This document shows, piece after piece, positions 49,828-60,295 of a DNA stretch of 64,000 nt. A program made the translations under genes and the position numbers. Numbering within the stretch: position 1 is the first letter of the stretch; each line of letters begins with the position of its first letter. Origin of the DNA: Desulfatiglandales bacterium (GTDB lineage Bacteria > Desulfobacterota > DSM-4660 > Desulfatiglandales > HGW-15); the NCBI GenBank assembly GCA_963667015.2, contig CAXXJJ010000004.1, forward strand, positions 3,392,001 to 3,456,000. Reading direction: 5' to 3'. The notes under the pieces were generated by a model that ran no database searches, was not told the DNA's origin, and saw nothing but the letters and a program-made list of their open reading frames with translations.

Positions 49828-52800
49828 GCTGGTATGAGATTCCTGTCAAGAGGCCTGTGGCCACAAGCATGTTCTTCTGTGCCATCCTGCTCCTGGGAAT
49901 AGTAGGGTGGCAGCGGATACCCGTTGAACTTATTCCGGACCTGGAGGGTGATAATATTCATATATCATTCACCAGGCTTAACAGTGACCCGGAGGTCGTT
50001 GAACGTGAGATCCTGATCCCTCTCGAGGGAAAGGCATCGGAACTCCCCGGATTAAAGGAGACACGCGGGCAGGTAAACGGATCAGGAGGATCCCTTGATT
50101 TAACCTTTGAACCGGGCACTGATATCAAGATAAGGCAGCTTGAACTTCAGCGTATTGCTGCAGAACTTACAAAGACACAGCCCAGAGGATCGTCGATAAA
50201 TGTGGGAGGCATGGATTTTTCAATAATAAGCCGGATTGTTATGAGTATCCAGGTTCTGGGCAGTGAAGACACCAACACCCTGAGGGACTTTGTTGAGGAA
50301 AACATACAGTCTCGAATTGCATCCGTTCAGGGTGTGGGCAATGTGCTTGTATTCGGAGGCGCCCCGGAGGAGATCACCGTCAGGATCGATTCCGATAAAT
50401 GCTCGGCCCTGGGGATATCCCCCCAGAGCGTATCGGAAACCCTATCGCGATCGGTTCAGAGACTCCGGTACCTTGGAGGCCTGGAAGACGGTTTAAAACG
50501 AAAACCCGTTATGCTGGACGGCCGTCCTAAGGGGACATTCGAGCTGGATGAATTGAGGATATCTCCTGATAAACCGGTTCTTATCCGGCATGTAGCAGAT
50601 GTATCAAAGGGGGTAGGCAGGCAGGATACCATATATCGTCTCAACAGCAAGCCTTCCGTGGCACTTCTTGTATTCAAGGATGAAGAGGCCAACCTGGTTG
50701 AACTCGGCAGGGATTTGAGGTCACGGATCAAAGAATTGAGGGAAGAGTTCAGGCCCTATGGTGTTGATTTTATGGTCGGCCAGGACGCTGCCGACATGAT
50801 TGAAGTACAGATTAACCGGCTTAAGAAACTTGCTGTAAGCGGTTTTATTATCTCTCTTGTAATTCTTTATCTCTTTATACGCAGACCCAGGGCTGTAACC
50901 GTAGTCGCTGTATCGGTCCCTGTCAGCCTTCTGGGGTCAATGGCATTTCTCTATATCAGCGGATATACAATCAATATAGTTACACTGATCGGCCTGGCTA
51001 TGGGGGTCGGCATGCTTGTGGACAATAGCATTGTTGTCTATGAGGCGGTCCAGCGAAGACTTGAAAGAGGTGTTGAACCTGACAGGGCAGCGACAGAGGG
51101 TATAAAGGTAACCTTCAAGGCTATCCTTGCAGCCACGGCAACAACCGCAATTGTTTTTCTGCCTGTATTCTTTTTAATTGATGACGGAATGATGAGGGGG
51201 GTAATGAAGCTTCTTGCAGCCGCTATCCTGATCCCCCTCGGGTCATCACTGCTTGTAGCCGTAGGCCTTGTTCCCCTCCTGAGCAGAAAATTCGCCGCAC
51301 CTGCTGCCCTGGCACATCTTGATGCGGTTAAAAAACGCAAGGAGCTTTATGCAGGACTTCCTGCACCTGACAAATGGCGGGACCTTTTTTCCGGGGTTTT
51401 AAAGAATTCACTCCGAAGGCCAGCAACATGGCTCACTGTCATAACAGCCGTTGTACTGGTTACCGTCATTATCGGCCTTCCCTGGGTAATGATAGGTAAC
51501 AGGAACCAGGAGGCAAGGGAGGCTGATCAGGTTATCCTTTCCATTGAAGTTCCCTCCGGTGACTCCCTTGAATCCATCAGCCGATCTATGTATTCCCTTG
51601 AACAGACTGCCATGAAGATCGAAGGAGTAGACTCCGTTGAAAGTATGGTCCAGGAAAAAAACAGCTCCCTTACAATAAGATTTGTTGACAGAGAAATACG
51701 GCCAAGAGAACTTTCAGCTCCGCTGGTAAGAAGAAAAATAACCGAGGCATCCAGGACACTTAAGGGCTTCAGCATCAAGGCGGAAAACTCCTCGGGTCAG
51801 AATGGCGGCGGCAGGCAGGGCGGCGGCATGGGAAGTCTTATGGGATCAGCATCGGAGATTGTCCTGTCGGGCCCCGATACAAAAAAGTTAATGGATATCG
51901 CCGGATCGGTAAAGGAAAGGCTGGAAACCATTCCTGAAATTGGAAACCAGAGAGTATGGGTTTCCTCCAGGCCGGGCCAGGATGAGATCCATGTAATTCC
52001 CGATCATCAGATGCTGAGAAGCCTTGGGTTGATGTCGGATGAGGTTTTTATCATGCTGCGGCTGCTTATGAGCAGGGAAGGGACTCAAATGAACGCCGGG
52101 ACCATAGAGACCGACGGTCGGGAGATTCCCATAACCATAAGGAGTAATGAACCCGAGTCCGGGAATATAAGCCAGAAGATGGAAAGCCTCCGGATCAATA
52201 CATCTGCTGGGGTTATACCCCTTGGGCTTATATCCGATACACGCAAGATGCCGCCTCCCAACGTAATAGAGCATCACAACGGAAGGCGTGAGTTAACCGT
52301 CTCATACATGTTAAGTGCGGATGCCCCTGAAACGGGTCCGGCCAGGGAGGCACTGGAGGATGAGATTCTTAACATGATCAAGTCAGTGCATCTGCCGGAC
52401 GGTTACACAATTAATCCGCCCGATAATAATGAGACAACGAGCATGGTAAAACGAATTCTTATCCCTATAGTGCTTCTGCTCTTCGCGGTACTGGCAGTTA
52501 CCTTTGAATCACTTACCATGCCGGTTCTTGTACTGCTTGCAGCCCCCCTGACCATAATAGGCGCCGTATGGGCACTGTTTTTTGCAGGAATGCCGCTCTT
52601 GAATCCAATGGCCATAGCGGGCGTTGTGGTCCTTATGGGCCTTATGGTAAACCCGGCGATCCTGCTCGTTGACAGGATGCAGCAAAGGGTTCATGGAAAT
52701 GCATGGTCAGCAGGTGCGGCGGCTATTGCAGCTGTCAAGGAAAGATCCAGACCTGTCCTGATGACGACATGTACAACTATTGCAGGATTATGGCCCCTTG

Positions 52801-54584
52801 CCATTGCTACCGGGGCTGAAAATGAAATGTGGCCTCCATTCGCTGTTGTTATAATGGGAGGACTTGTTACTTCCGGGCTCCTTATTCTCCAGGTCATTCC
52901 AATAGGATTTGTCTTTTTGAATCGAATTGACCGGATTTTCGGCAGGATAGGCCCCTGGATAACAGTCTGGTGGATTGGTGCCACAGCGGCTGTTATGACG
53001 CCTCTTATTTTATCTGACCTGATAAGCACAATGAGATGGCAGATCACAACAACCCTGCTTGTCGCCTCCGTGCTCCTCGGAATATTCGTGCTGATCTTTC
53101 GCAGGCCTGAGCTTCCCGTTCCCTCTGCAGAAATGGACGTAGAGGTAAAGTTTCTTCACAAGATATACGGCCGGCCCGGTCCAGTGGGAAGGGCACTGCG
53201 CGCGGGTGAGCATTTTGCGGACAGGGTTCTTGCAAGAGGAGGCAAACCTTTTTTACCGCGTGATACTGTCCAGCCGATTGTCACAGCAATTGTGCTTTTA
53301 GCCGGAGCATCATATCTTGCATTTTCACTAAGCTCCACATGGTGGCGCGTCGTCTTTTCCTTTGCAGGGGCAGTCATACTTGTAAAGCTCTTAACCCTCA
53401 TAAGAAAGCTGAGGGGCCGGTGTGATGAGAAGGGCCAGCCCGAACCGGGCGGTATAGAAAACCTGATGGCATTTCTTGTTCCTTGGATCGTTCTGATTTT
53501 AAACGGATTGTTCTTTTATGCTGCACCTGTAGCAGCAGGAAAGAGCCCCCGTATGCCTTTATTCCCCATGTTACTGATCATTATTCTTATTATATTTATT
53601 CAGATGGGCCGAAAGACCGCGAAAGATCTTTTTAATGGAACCATCCGCAAGAAGCTGGATATTGGTATTGTTAACAGGTTAAGAATCTTCTGGCACTGGC
53701 TGTGCAGAATCCTTTTCAGCCTTGATCTGCCCAGGGAAGAGCATGAGGCGCTTAAAAATGTTCATTTTCGTGCCGAACATGGCATGATCGGTATCCTAGG
53801 TCCCAACGGTGCTGGAAAGACAACCCTTTTAAGGTCGCTCGCCGGCATCCTTGAACCCACTACAGGGGCTATCACACTTGGCGGTGTACCGCTTAAAAAG
53901 ATAAGAAAATACCTGGCCAACTGGGTAGGGTATCTTCCCCAGGATTTCGGACTGCCCGGGAACCTTACAGGAAAGGAATATCTCGAATACTATGCCCTTT
54001 TATACCGGATTGACGAGAAGGATAAAATAATTGAAAGGGTTAAATTTCTTCTTGAGGAGGTGGGGCTTGCTGAACAGTCGGATAAAAAAATCAGTGATTA
54101 TTCAGGCGGCATGCGTCAGAGGGTGGCCGTTGCAAGGACCCTTTTAAGGCTTCCACCGGTTATTATCGTGGATGAACCCACAGTAGGCCTTGACCCGAAG
54201 GAACGTATCAGGTTCCGAAATCTTTTGAGCCGGCTTTCCAAAACCAGAATAGTCCTTTTTTCCACCCACGTTGTCGAGGATGTGGCCGTGGCATGTGAGA
54301 GGGTAATCGTACTTTCAAAGGGGCATAAGGTCTTTGATGGCGAGCCGGGACTTTTAGCCTCTGAAGCTGAAGGAAAGATATGGGAAATGGAAATAAGAGA
54401 AGGAGAAGAGAACCAACTTCCGGATGAAGCCATCATTGTGGACCAGATACCCGGGGCTGATGGTTTTTACAATGTAAGGGTACTTCATGATGAATCACCG
54501 GCTCCGGATGCAAAGGCGGTTACTCCCAATCTGCAGGACGGGTACCTGCAACTGGTTGGCACCAGGAAGAAGAGGATTGTTTAA
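49824..54584 (+). CDS. RND permease fused to a C-terminal ABC ATPase, with extra TM segments
   Basis: One 1586-aa ORF. RND motifs GMLVDNSIVVYE and RSRPVLMTT are followed by GPNGAGKTT, GYLPQDF, YSGGMRQR, IVDEPTVGLDP and FSTH. Confidence 0.92.
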   Translation: MSWYEIPVKRPVATSMFFCAILLLGIVGWQRIPVELIPDLEGDNIHISFTRLNSDPEVVEREILIPLEGKASELPGLKETRGQVNGSGGSLDLTFEPGTDIKIRQLELQRIAAELTKTQPRGSSINVGGMDFSIISRIVMSIQVLGSEDTNTLRDFVEENIQSRIASVQGVGNVLVFGGAPEEITVRIDSDKCSALGISPQSVSETLSRSVQRLRYLGGLEDGLKRKPVMLDGRPKGTFELDELRISPDKPVLIRHVADVSKGVGRQDTIYRLNSKPSVALLVFKDEEANLVELGRDLRSRIKELREEFRPYGVDFMVGQDAADMIEVQINRLKKLAVSGFIISLVILYLFIRRPRAVTVVAVSVPVSLLGSMAFLYISGYTINIVTLIGLAMGVGMLVDNSIVVYEAVQRRLERGVEPDRAATEGIKVTFKAILAATATTAIVFLPVFFLIDDGMMRGVMKLLAAAILIPLGSSLLVAVGLVPLLSRKFAAPAALAHLDAVKKRKELYAGLPAPDKWRDLFSGVLKNSLRRPATWLTVITAVVLVTVIIGLPWVMIGNRNQEAREADQVILSIEVPSGDSLESISRSMYSLEQTAMKIEGVDSVESMVQEKNSSLTIRFVDREIRPRELSAPLVRRKITEASRTLKGFSIKAENSSGQNGGGRQGGGMGSLMGSASEIVLSGPDTKKLMDIAGSVKERLETIPEIGNQRVWVSSRPGQDEIHVIPDHQMLRSLGLMSDEVFIMLRLLMSREGTQMNAGTIETDGREIPITIRSNEPESGNISQKMESLRINTSAGVIPLGLISDTRKMPPPNVIEHHNGRRELTVSYMLSADAPETGPAREALEDEILNMIKSVHLPDGYTINPPDNNETTSMVKRILIPIVLLLFAVLAVTFESLTMPVLVLLAAPLTIIGAVWALFFAGMPLLNPMAIAGVVVLMGLMVNPAILLVDRMQQRVHGNAWSAGAAAIAAVKERSRPVLMTTCTTIAGLWPLAIATGAENEMWPPFAVVIMGGLVTSGLLILQVIPIGFVFLNRIDRIFGRIGPWITVWWIGATAAVMTPLILSDLISTMRWQITTTLLVASVLLGIFVLIFRRPELPVPSAEMDVEVKFLHKIYGRPGPVGRALRAGEHFADRVLARGGKPFLPRDTVQPIVTAIVLLAGASYLAFSLSSTWWRVVFSFAGAVILVKLLTLIRKLRGRCDEKGQPEPGGIENLMAFLVPWIVLILNGLFFYAAPVAAGKSPRMPLFPMLLIIILIIFIQMGRKTAKDLFNGTIRKKLDIGIVNRLRIFWHWLCRILFSLDLPREEHEALKNVHFRAEHGMIGILGPNGAGKTTLLRSLAGILEPTTGAITLGGVPLKKIRKYLANWVGYLPQDFGLPGNLTGKEYLEYYALLYRIDEKDKIIERVKFLLEEVGLAEQSDKKISDYSGGMRQRVAVARTLLRLPPVIIVDEPTVGLDPKERIRFRNLLSRLSKTRIVLFSTHVVEDVAVACERVIVLSKGHKVFDGEPGLLASEAEGKIWEMEIREGEENQLPDEAIIVDQIPGADGFYNVRVLHDESPAPDAKAVTPNLQDGYLQLVGTRKKRIV

Positions 54585-54585
54585 T

Positions 54586-55284
54586 ATGGCTGACAGTATA
54601 AAAAGATATTTAAGGATCATGTTCTACTCTGCCCGCCTTGTAGCAGGAAGAAAGTTCTGGATAGTTGTTTTTCTTCCCCTTATCTGGCTGCTCCTGAGGG
54701 CATTGTTTATTATGCTTGGCTGGGCCGATGGAAAACTTGGACCTGAAAATGCGTTTAATCTGATGAGCATACCCCTGTCTGTTGTTGCATTAGGGTTTGG
54801 AATCCGGATTATCGCAGGGGAGATAGACAGCCGAACCCTGGAAATTGCATACACTGTACCAGGGGGATGTTACCGTGTGTGGCTGGCAAAGATTGCAACA
54901 TCTGTTTCTTTACTGCTGGCCAGCGAAATACTGCTGGCGATTTTTACAATGATATTCTTTACAACTGTTACACCCGGAACTTTTTATGGAGTACTTCAGG
55001 GGTCGGTATTTTATCTGACTGCAGGAATGGCCTTTTCCGCGTTTTTCAGGAGTGAAATAACAGGAGCAATGGTGACAGTACCATTATTTGCACTTAATCT
55101 GATTACCAGTGCCGGTACTCGGGTTTCGCCCTTTTTTAACCCGCTTGTGCTTGAAAATACGGAGAAATTACAGGTCCTTTCCTACACAATCCAAAATCGT
55201 ATATTTTTTATTATTTTAATAGGAGTAGTAACCCTGCTGACCTTCTCCCGTGTGGAGAGAAGGGAAAAGATGCTGGGGGATTAA
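54586..55284 (+). CDS. ABC-2 family permease
   Basis: Likely start MADSIKR at 54586, about six TMs, IIAGEIDSRTLEIAY...VWLAK. Confidence 0.8.
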   Translation: MADSIKRYLRIMFYSARLVAGRKFWIVVFLPLIWLLLRALFIMLGWADGKLGPENAFNLMSIPLSVVALGFGIRIIAGEIDSRTLEIAYTVPGGCYRVWLAKIATSVSLLLASEILLAIFTMIFFTTVTPGTFYGVLQGSVFYLTAGMAFSAFFRSEITGAMVTVPLFALNLITSAGTRVSPFFNPLVLENTEKLQVLSYTIQNRIFFIILIGVVTLLTFSRVERREKMLGD

Positions 55285-55287
55285 TGA

Positions 55288-56976
55288 ATGCACCTCGATG
55301 AGAGGATAAAAAGGAGGCATAGATTAAAGATGAAAAAGAAGACGGTAAGAATAGGAAATTTCCATTTTACAGCTGCACTGATAGGCTGCCTGTTCCTGTT
55401 TAACGGGTGCACGTATGTAAATAAGGTTAAGGAATTAAATGAGACTCCTCCCATTATGGAGATCTCCAGTGATACTATTCATGAGATAAATGTCATGAAG
55501 TTAAATGAAACGCAGCATGAAGTTACAGTTGAAGATATTGTTAATCCGCCTGAGCAGAAAGAGGTGACGCTTTCGCTCGAGGAGTGCCGTGCCCTTACCC
55601 TTGAAAACAACCTTGACCTTCGGGTTGAACTTATAAACCCAACAATTAACAGGGAAAAAATTACTCAGGAGGAGGCAAGGTTTGAAGCTACCTTTACAGG
55701 CAGTGCGAATTATAGCAACAACAAACAGCCTACTGACTCATTGCTTGTAGGATCAAACAGCGAAAGATCGGATATCAGTCTAGGAGTCGATTTGCCTCTC
55801 CGAACAGGTGGAACCCTCTCATTTGATCTTGCGGATGCAGGAAGCAAAACAGATTCAACCTGGTCAACGCTGAATCCGTCCTTCTCCAACAGCCTTACCG
55901 CCTCTATAAGCCAGCCCCTTTTAAAAAATGCAGGGAGAAGGGCGAGTACACACTGGATACAGATTGCCCAATACAACAGCAGTATAGCGGATCTACGAAC
56001 AAAAGTAGCGGCCATACGTATAATATCCGAGGTTGACAGGGCTTACTGGCGTCTATATGCAACAAGAAGAATGCTGGAAGTCAAGAAACAGCAATACGAC
56101 CTGGCAAAAACAACCTTTGAAGAAACAGAACGTTTTGTTGAAGTCGGGGTCAAACCCAAGATAGAGATAATAAGAACAAAAAAAACTTTGGCAGATACAC
56201 TGACAGGCATTATAAAGGCGGAAAACGATGTCAGACAAACAGAACGGAATCTTAAACGGATACTCAATAAAACAGGGCTCGGTATGGAAACAAAAACTGT
56301 TATCATCCCGTCCTCTCCTCCCGATCCTGTACGTTATGAACTTGACAGAAACAACATGGTAAAGCATGCCCTCGAAAACCGCATGGAAATGCTAGAACTG
56401 GAACTCCAGTTGGCCATGGACAGTTTGAATATTGAGTATAACAAAAACCAGGCTCTCCCCGACTTCAGGCTTGATTTACGATACAATATCAATGGGCTTG
56501 GAGGAGACAGAGGTGACGCCTATGATATGCTCTCCAAAAATGATTATCACGACTACAGGGTAGGCTTTAACGTTATAGTTCCTCTTGGAAACAAAAAAGC
56601 CAGAAGCCAGCTCAGGCAATTAATTTATGAGCGTGCGCAAAGGCTTGCCAGCAAAGAAAACAAGGAGGCAGAGATTAAGAATGATGTGCTTGGCCAGATA
56701 GATACGCTGGAAGCATCCTGGCAGGCTATTCTGGCAAGCAGGCAAAATACGATCCTTTCGGATGAGCAGTACAGGGCAGAAAAAAGACAGTATGAACTGG
56801 GGCTTGTAAATTCAACGGATTTACTTAAATCACAGACTGATCTTGCAGAGGCCCAGAGGGCAGAGATCGAGGCAATTACAACCTATCAGATTGCCCTCAT
56901 AGACCTTGCCTATTATTCCGGTACACTTCTTGGTGCAGCCAAGGTCGAATGGGAGCCGATTGTGCCGGCAGATTAA
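55288..56976 (+). CDS. TolC-family outer-membrane efflux lipoprotein
   Basis: Lipobox LFNGC, LSLEECRALTLENNLDL, ISQPLLKN, ALENRME and YELGLVNSTDLL. The true start may be 55330. Confidence 0.92.
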   Translation: MHLDERIKRRHRLKMKKKTVRIGNFHFTAALIGCLFLFNGCTYVNKVKELNETPPIMEISSDTIHEINVMKLNETQHEVTVEDIVNPPEQKEVTLSLEECRALTLENNLDLRVELINPTINREKITQEEARFEATFTGSANYSNNKQPTDSLLVGSNSERSDISLGVDLPLRTGGTLSFDLADAGSKTDSTWSTLNPSFSNSLTASISQPLLKNAGRRASTHWIQIAQYNSSIADLRTKVAAIRIISEVDRAYWRLYATRRMLEVKKQQYDLAKTTFEETERFVEVGVKPKIEIIRTKKTLADTLTGIIKAENDVRQTERNLKRILNKTGLGMETKTVIIPSSPPDPVRYELDRNNMVKHALENRMEMLELELQLAMDSLNIEYNKNQALPDFRLDLRYNINGLGGDRGDAYDMLSKNDYHDYRVGFNVIVPLGNKKARSQLRQLIYERAQRLASKENKEAEIKNDVLGQIDTLEASWQAILASRQNTILSDEQYRAEKRQYELGLVNSTDLLKSQTDLAEAQRAEIEAITTYQIALIDLAYYSGTLLGAAKVEWEPIVPAD

Positions 56977-57018
56977 TGGAGTAGAATAAGTAATATTTGC
57001 AGATCAGTCACTTTAGCA

Positions 57019-57046
57019 GGGGCACGACACATCGTGCCCTTTTTTT
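57019..57046 (+). terminator. Rho-independent terminator of the export operon
   Basis: GGGCACGA-CACA-TCGTGCCC followed by TTTTTT. Confidence 0.8.
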
Positions 57047-57145
57047 CTGTCTTTAAACAGAAAAATTGAATTTTTTTGAAGAATAGATTAACCATATAGG
57101 TACATAATAAATTACTATGCATGAAAAGGAAGCACCGGAATTATA

Positions 57146-57931
57146 ATGACTGACCAAAAATTCGATCTGGATGCCTATTTTGAGAGAATCAATTACTCGG
57201 GCATTAAGAAACCTACAGAAGAAGCTCTGAATGACATCCACACCTGTCATACATTGAATGTCCCCTTTGAAAATCTTGACGTATTTTACGGGAAACCCCC
57301 TCTTCTTGATGAGGCTTCTCTCTACAGCAAGATTGTAAAAAACTGCAGAGGTGGCTACTGTTTTGAGATGAATGGAATTTTTTCCATTGCGCTTCGGGAG
57401 ATGGGATTCAGGGTTACCAACCTGTTGGCAAGGGTAACGATTGACGGCATGAATTATACCTCAAGGACCCATCAGGTAATCCTTGTGGAGGCTGGAGATA
57501 AGAAATGGCTGGCGGATGTGGGTTTTGGTAACGACGGGATAACTGCACCACTGCTTCTGGTTGAGGATACTGACCAGAAACAGTTTTCCCATGTCTACAG
57601 GATAATAAAAGAGCCCCGTTTCAACGGATATCTGCTGCAGAAAAAAAATGGTGACACATACAACAGCATGTATGTATTTACCCTGGAAGAATGCTACCCG
57701 GAAGATTTTGTGATGTCCAGCCATTATACCGCGACTTATCCGGAGTCCTTTTTTAAGATGATGCGGATGTGTACAATGCCTACAAAGGAAGGGCGGGTCA
57801 CCTTAACTGATACGCATTTCAAAATAATTAAAAACGGTGCCAGCACTGAAGCAGAGATAAAAGATGAAGAGGAGTTTAAAAGGTATCTTAAGCAATATTT
57901 TAACCTGGACCTGGACAGTATAAGATCCTGA
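57146..57931 (+). CDS. Arylamine N-acetyltransferase
   Basis: VPFENLD, RGGYCFEMN (Cys), RTHQV (His) and LADVGFG (Asp). Confidence 0.95.
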   Translation: MTDQKFDLDAYFERINYSGIKKPTEEALNDIHTCHTLNVPFENLDVFYGKPPLLDEASLYSKIVKNCRGGYCFEMNGIFSIALREMGFRVTNLLARVTIDGMNYTSRTHQVILVEAGDKKWLADVGFGNDGITAPLLLVEDTDQKQFSHVYRIIKEPRFNGYLLQKKNGDTYNSMYVFTLEECYPEDFVMSSHYTATYPESFFKMMRMCTMPTKEGRVTLTDTHFKIIKNGASTEAEIKDEEEFKRYLKQYFNLDLDSIRS

Positions 57932-58103
57932 CCTTTTAACCATCAGATACACAAAAAATTATTTAAAACCACACTTCTGTTTTGAAATATCTTTTAATTT
58001 TTTGCGCATTTAGTGTGTTTGTGGTACAAGTTTAAAATTCAGAGCCTTTCTTATTTTAAAATAAGCCTTACAAATTTTACCCAGATATTTCAGGACGATT
58101 CTC

Positions 58104-59252
58104 ATGCTGGAAGAAATCAGAATTCCTGTAGATTCGGAACCAGTCAATCCTGTCCCGGAGCCGGAATCTCAAATATTGCAAAGCCAGACCGGATTAACGC
58201 TGGAATTTCGTGGCTCGGCACATGAATATTTTAAGATCTGGATAGTTAATTTATGCCTTACCCTGGTTACCTTTGGTATTTTTTCTGCCTGGGCAAAGGT
58301 GAGGAAAAAACGTTATATTTATTCTCATACTGTCCTTGACGGAACACCTTTCCAGTATCTTGCAATGCCCATCCCGATCCTGAAGGGCAGGATAATTGCC
58401 GCCGCAGGATTTGCAGTATACTGGCTCGCAAGCAACTACATTCCATCACTGCTTCCCTTCGTACTTATTATAGGCCTTGTTGCCGCGCCATGGCTGTTAA
58501 TAAAATCCGCAGCATTCAATGCCAGGTATTCTGCCTTCCGAAATATGAATTTTCATTTTGAAGCCACATACACGGATGCCCTCAAGGTGATCTATGTAGC
58601 AGGAATAGTGCCGGCTTATGTTGTCGGAATGATGATTACAGGGAAATGGCAGATTGCTGCAACTGTAATATTGTCTATCATAACAGGTATCTCTTTTCCC
58701 TGGCTGCTCAGCCGCGTTAAAAATCTGGTTGTTACCCATACAGGTTTTGGCGGCATTAAAGGTGAATTCTATGCTACCGGAAAGGAATTTTTTGGAATAT
58801 ACTTCAGGGCGTCTTTGATTGTTTTATTAGGAGGAATACCCATTGGGATATTTACAACCTTTTTTGCTCTGGCAATTAAAAAGGACCCTGAATTTGCGGC
58901 ATATTTTACAATGGCCATAATCTATGCCTTATATATAGTCGCCTTCGCTTACGTCAAATCCAGCAGCGGAAACCTCGTATGGAATAAAACCAGAATAGGG
59001 CCAATTCGGTTCCGGTCCACCATGCGGAGTAAAGACCTTATATTTATATATATTACTAATGCGGCAGCGATTCTTTTTTCACTTGGAATGTTACTGCCAT
59101 GGGCGGTTTTACGCACAATCAGATATCGTATTAATAATTTGCATCCCCAGAAGGAAGGGAATTTATATGAATTTAAAGGAAGTAAAAATGTTACTGTTGA
59201 TGCAGTAGGCACTGAAACCTTTGATTTTTTTGATATTGATCTTTCGATATGA
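58104..59252 (+). CDS. YjgN/DUF898 family inner-membrane protein
   Basis: FRGSAHEYFKIWIVNLCLTLVTFGIFSAWAKVR and FSLGMLLPWA. Confidence 0.9.
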   Translation: MLEEIRIPVDSEPVNPVPEPESQILQSQTGLTLEFRGSAHEYFKIWIVNLCLTLVTFGIFSAWAKVRKKRYIYSHTVLDGTPFQYLAMPIPILKGRIIAAAGFAVYWLASNYIPSLLPFVLIIGLVAAPWLLIKSAAFNARYSAFRNMNFHFEATYTDALKVIYVAGIVPAYVVGMMITGKWQIAATVILSIITGISFPWLLSRVKNLVVTHTGFGGIKGEFYATGKEFFGIYFRASLIVLLGGIPIGIFTTFFALAIKKDPEFAAYFTMAIIYALYIVAFAYVKSSSGNLVWNKTRIGPIRFRSTMRSKDLIFIYITNAAAILFSLGMLLPWAVLRTIRYRINNLHPQKEGNLYEFKGSKNVTVDAVGTETFDFFDIDLSI

Positions 59253-60262
59253 CAAACCTGACAGGAAAATATTACAACGGCGTAACCCCAATTGGAATTC
59301 CGGGCGAAATAACACTGGATAAATTTAAGGTGATATTTACCGATGGCGAAACGTCTGAGCAATATCTTGTCTCCGATATAACTGTCTCACCCCGCATAGG
59401 TTCGGCACCGCGCTTTATCAATCTGCCCAATGGCAGCCAGTTTGAGTGTGATGATCATGCAGCATTAGATTTACTTCCGCAGGAAAGCCCTACTGAGGAT
59501 GCTGTTGCATGGCTCGAAATAAAGTGGCCTGTAGCGCTTGCTTCTGTGATAGTCGTTTTTTGCCTGCTTGTTACAGGTTATTTTTTCGGCCTGCCTGCAG
59601 CAGCAAAACCTATAGCAGAGCACATACCGCTGGAAAGCGAACAATCCCTTGGGAAATATGTCATAGACTGGCTGGATGATAATAATTTTTTTAAACATTC
59701 AAACCTTGAATATGAAATTCAGGATGAACTGACAGCCGGATTTGAAAGGCTGAACAGCAATCTTCCTTTTCAAAAATATTACACCCTTGAATTTCGTTCA
59801 GGTTCCATGGGTCCCAATGCCTTTGCCCTTCCGGGCGGCATCATTATTCTGACCGATGAAATGGTGAATATCTCAAAATCAAATGAAGAGATATTTGCAG
59901 TCCTCGCCCACGAGATAGGTCATACTGAGAAGCGCCACGCAATGAGGAGTATGCTTCAGGGATCCATAGTGGCAATAGCCGTTGCATCCGTGACAGGTGA
60001 TGCGACATCACTTAATGCAGGAGTAACCGGTCTGCCCATGCTGCTGGCCCGGACAAGATATTCCCGGGAATTTGAAACTGAAGCAGATGATTTTTGTTTT
60101 AAACTATTAAAACAGAATGGATATTCACCGAATGCCTTTGCTTCTCTAATGGAAAGAGTCGCAAAAAAGAATGGAGAAAAAAAGAACAGTTTCGCCTATA
60201 TCTCAACACACCCTTCTACCTATGAAAGGATACAGCGTGCCCGTGATGCTGCAGGAAAATAA
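59249..60262 (+). CDS. M48 family zinc metallopeptidase
   Basis: PNAFALPGG, VLAHEIGH, YSREFETEAD and STHP. Overlaps the YjgN stop. Confidence 0.93.
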   Translation: MTNLTGKYYNGVTPIGIPGEITLDKFKVIFTDGETSEQYLVSDITVSPRIGSAPRFINLPNGSQFECDDHAALDLLPQESPTEDAVAWLEIKWPVALASVIVVFCLLVTGYFFGLPAAAKPIAEHIPLESEQSLGKYVIDWLDDNNFFKHSNLEYEIQDELTAGFERLNSNLPFQKYYTLEFRSGSMGPNAFALPGGIIILTDEMVNISKSNEEIFAVLAHEIGHTEKRHAMRSMLQGSIVAIAVASVTGDATSLNAGVTGLPMLLARTRYSREFETEADDFCFKLLKQNGYSPNAFASLMERVAKKNGEKKNSFAYISTHPSTYERIQRARDAAGK

Positions 60263-60295
60263 TCCTGGGGGAATACTGACATTGAGGAGAGGGTT

